Below are positions 63,001-64,000 of a stretch of 64,000 bases of DNA, in pieces. How positions within the stretch are numbered: position 1 is the first letter of the stretch; every line of letters starts with the position of its first letter. The notes beneath the pieces were generated by a model. That model had not been told where the DNA came from. It saw nothing but the letters and a program-made list of their open reading frames with translations, and did no database searches. A program made the position numbers and the translations under genes. The DNA is from Cyanophora paradoxa CCMP329 (taxonomy: Eukaryota; Plantae; Glaucophyta). Location: NCBI GenBank assembly GCA_004431415.1, contig QPMI01000040.1:452322-516321 (forward strand), given 5' to 3'.

Positions 63001-64000
63001 ATGCCCGTCGCCAGCGTGTTGCCTGATAGGTCGACGCCGAAGTGGTTCCACCTCACGTTCAGCCCGCCGTTCGCGTTCAGCAGCCCCGTCGACGTCACGG
63101 TCCCCGTCACCCCGACCATGCCCGTCGCCAGCGTGTTGCCCGACATGTCCACCACGAACTGATTCCACCTCACGTTCAGCCCGCCGTTCGCGTTCAGCAG
63201 CCCCGTCGACGTCACGGTCCCCGTCACTCCGACCATGCCCGTCGCCAGCGTGTTGCCCGACATATCGATGCTAAGCTGGTTCCACCTCACATTCAGCCCG
63301 CCGTTCGCGTTCAGCAGCCCCGTCGACGTCACGGTCCCCGTCACCCCGACCATGCCCGTCGCCAGCGTGTTGCCCGACATATCAACAACGAACTGATTCC
63401 ACCTCACGTTCAGCCCGCCGTTCGCGTTCAGCAGCCCCGTCGACGTCACGGTCCCCGTCACCCCGACAATGCCCGTCGCCAGCGTGTTGCCCGAGATATC
63501 GATGCTAAGCTGGTTCCACCTCACGTTCAGGCCGCCGTTCGCGTTCAGCAGCCCCGTCGACGTCACGGTCCCCGTCACCCCGACCATGCCCGTCGCCAGC
63601 GTGTTGCCCGACATGTCCACCACGAACTGATTCCACCTCACGTTCAGCCCGCCGTTCGCGTTCAACAGGGCCGTCGATGTGACAGTGCCCGTCAATCCGG
63701 TCATTCCTGTCGCAAGCACGTTGCCAGACGAGTCAACAATGAACTTGTTTGTGCCGATCGCAAGGCTTCCCGCAAATATGAACGGCCCGAGGACGTGAAG
63801 AGCTCCAGTGGCCGTCAATGTGCCGGTGACGCCAAGGGCGCCAGTAACCATGGTATTGCCAGACATGTCCACCGCGAACTGGTTCCACCTCACGTTCAGC
63901 CCGCCGTTCGCGTTCAGCAGCCCCGTCGACGTCACGGTCCCCGTCACCCCGACCATGCCCGTCGCCAGCGTGTTGCCCGAGATATCGATGCTAAGCTGGT
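36006..64000 (-). CDS. Giant (>9,200 aa, 5' end beyond window) Gly/Thr/Ser/Val/Asn beta-repeat fibre-like protein with Cys-rich C-terminal cap
   Basis: 6,025-aa uninterrupted ORF (36458-54535) continued by the same repeats to 64000, with 1-bp deletions in 54.5-61.0 kb. Terminal introns 36415-36474 and 36166-36230 (both GTGCGT..AG) add exons 36231-36414 and 36006-36165 in frame, ending ..TWFCTTMPKAEVPLRR-stop. Confidence 0.85.
47397..61560 (-). repeat. 594-bp (198-aa) higher-order coding repeat, about 24 near-identical copies
   Basis: Antisense ORF starts recur every 594 bp (47451, 48045, 48639, ...); each unit comprises 57+45+57+39-aa modules. Confidence 0.95.
61750..64000 (-). repeat. 117-bp (39-aa) coding tandem repeat, about 19 copies in window
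   Basis: Unit MVGVTGTVTSTGLLNANGGLNVRWNQFVVDMSGNTLATG with variants, and one diverged pair near 63660-63870. Confidence 0.95.

Overview
GC-rich, intron-dense eukaryotic (protist/algal) nuclear DNA, so the ORF track is mostly shadow ORFs and the real genes had to be spliced by hand. The first 27 kb is gene-dense. It holds the 3' part of a large Ig-like/VWA plus multi-TM (FLC/TRP-like) membrane protein (+), a DPE2 4-alpha-glucanotransferase (-), RPS15A (-), an ankyrin/FYVE-like/charged-helix protein (+), a protein with about 11 IQ motifs (+), and a SAM domain fused to a divergent cycloeucalenol cycloisomerase (CPI1)-like membrane domain (-). Splicing is unusual: 10 of 26 reconstructed DPE2 introns use GC-AG, nearly always after an exonic AG. 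The 27-36 kb stretch is a repeat-rich island, largely lower in GC from about 29 kb, with satellites, a MITE, a spliced orphan gene and a truncated poly(A) retro-insertion. From 36 kb to the window end is the 3' part of one giant minus-strand gene (>9,200 aa, running out of the window). It is built from Gly-every-sixth-residue beta repeats in higher-order arrays and ends in a small Cys-rich cap encoded on two short exons, most plausibly a phage-tail-fibre-like trimeric beta-filament of sub-micron length. All gene models and homology calls are by eye; no searches were run.
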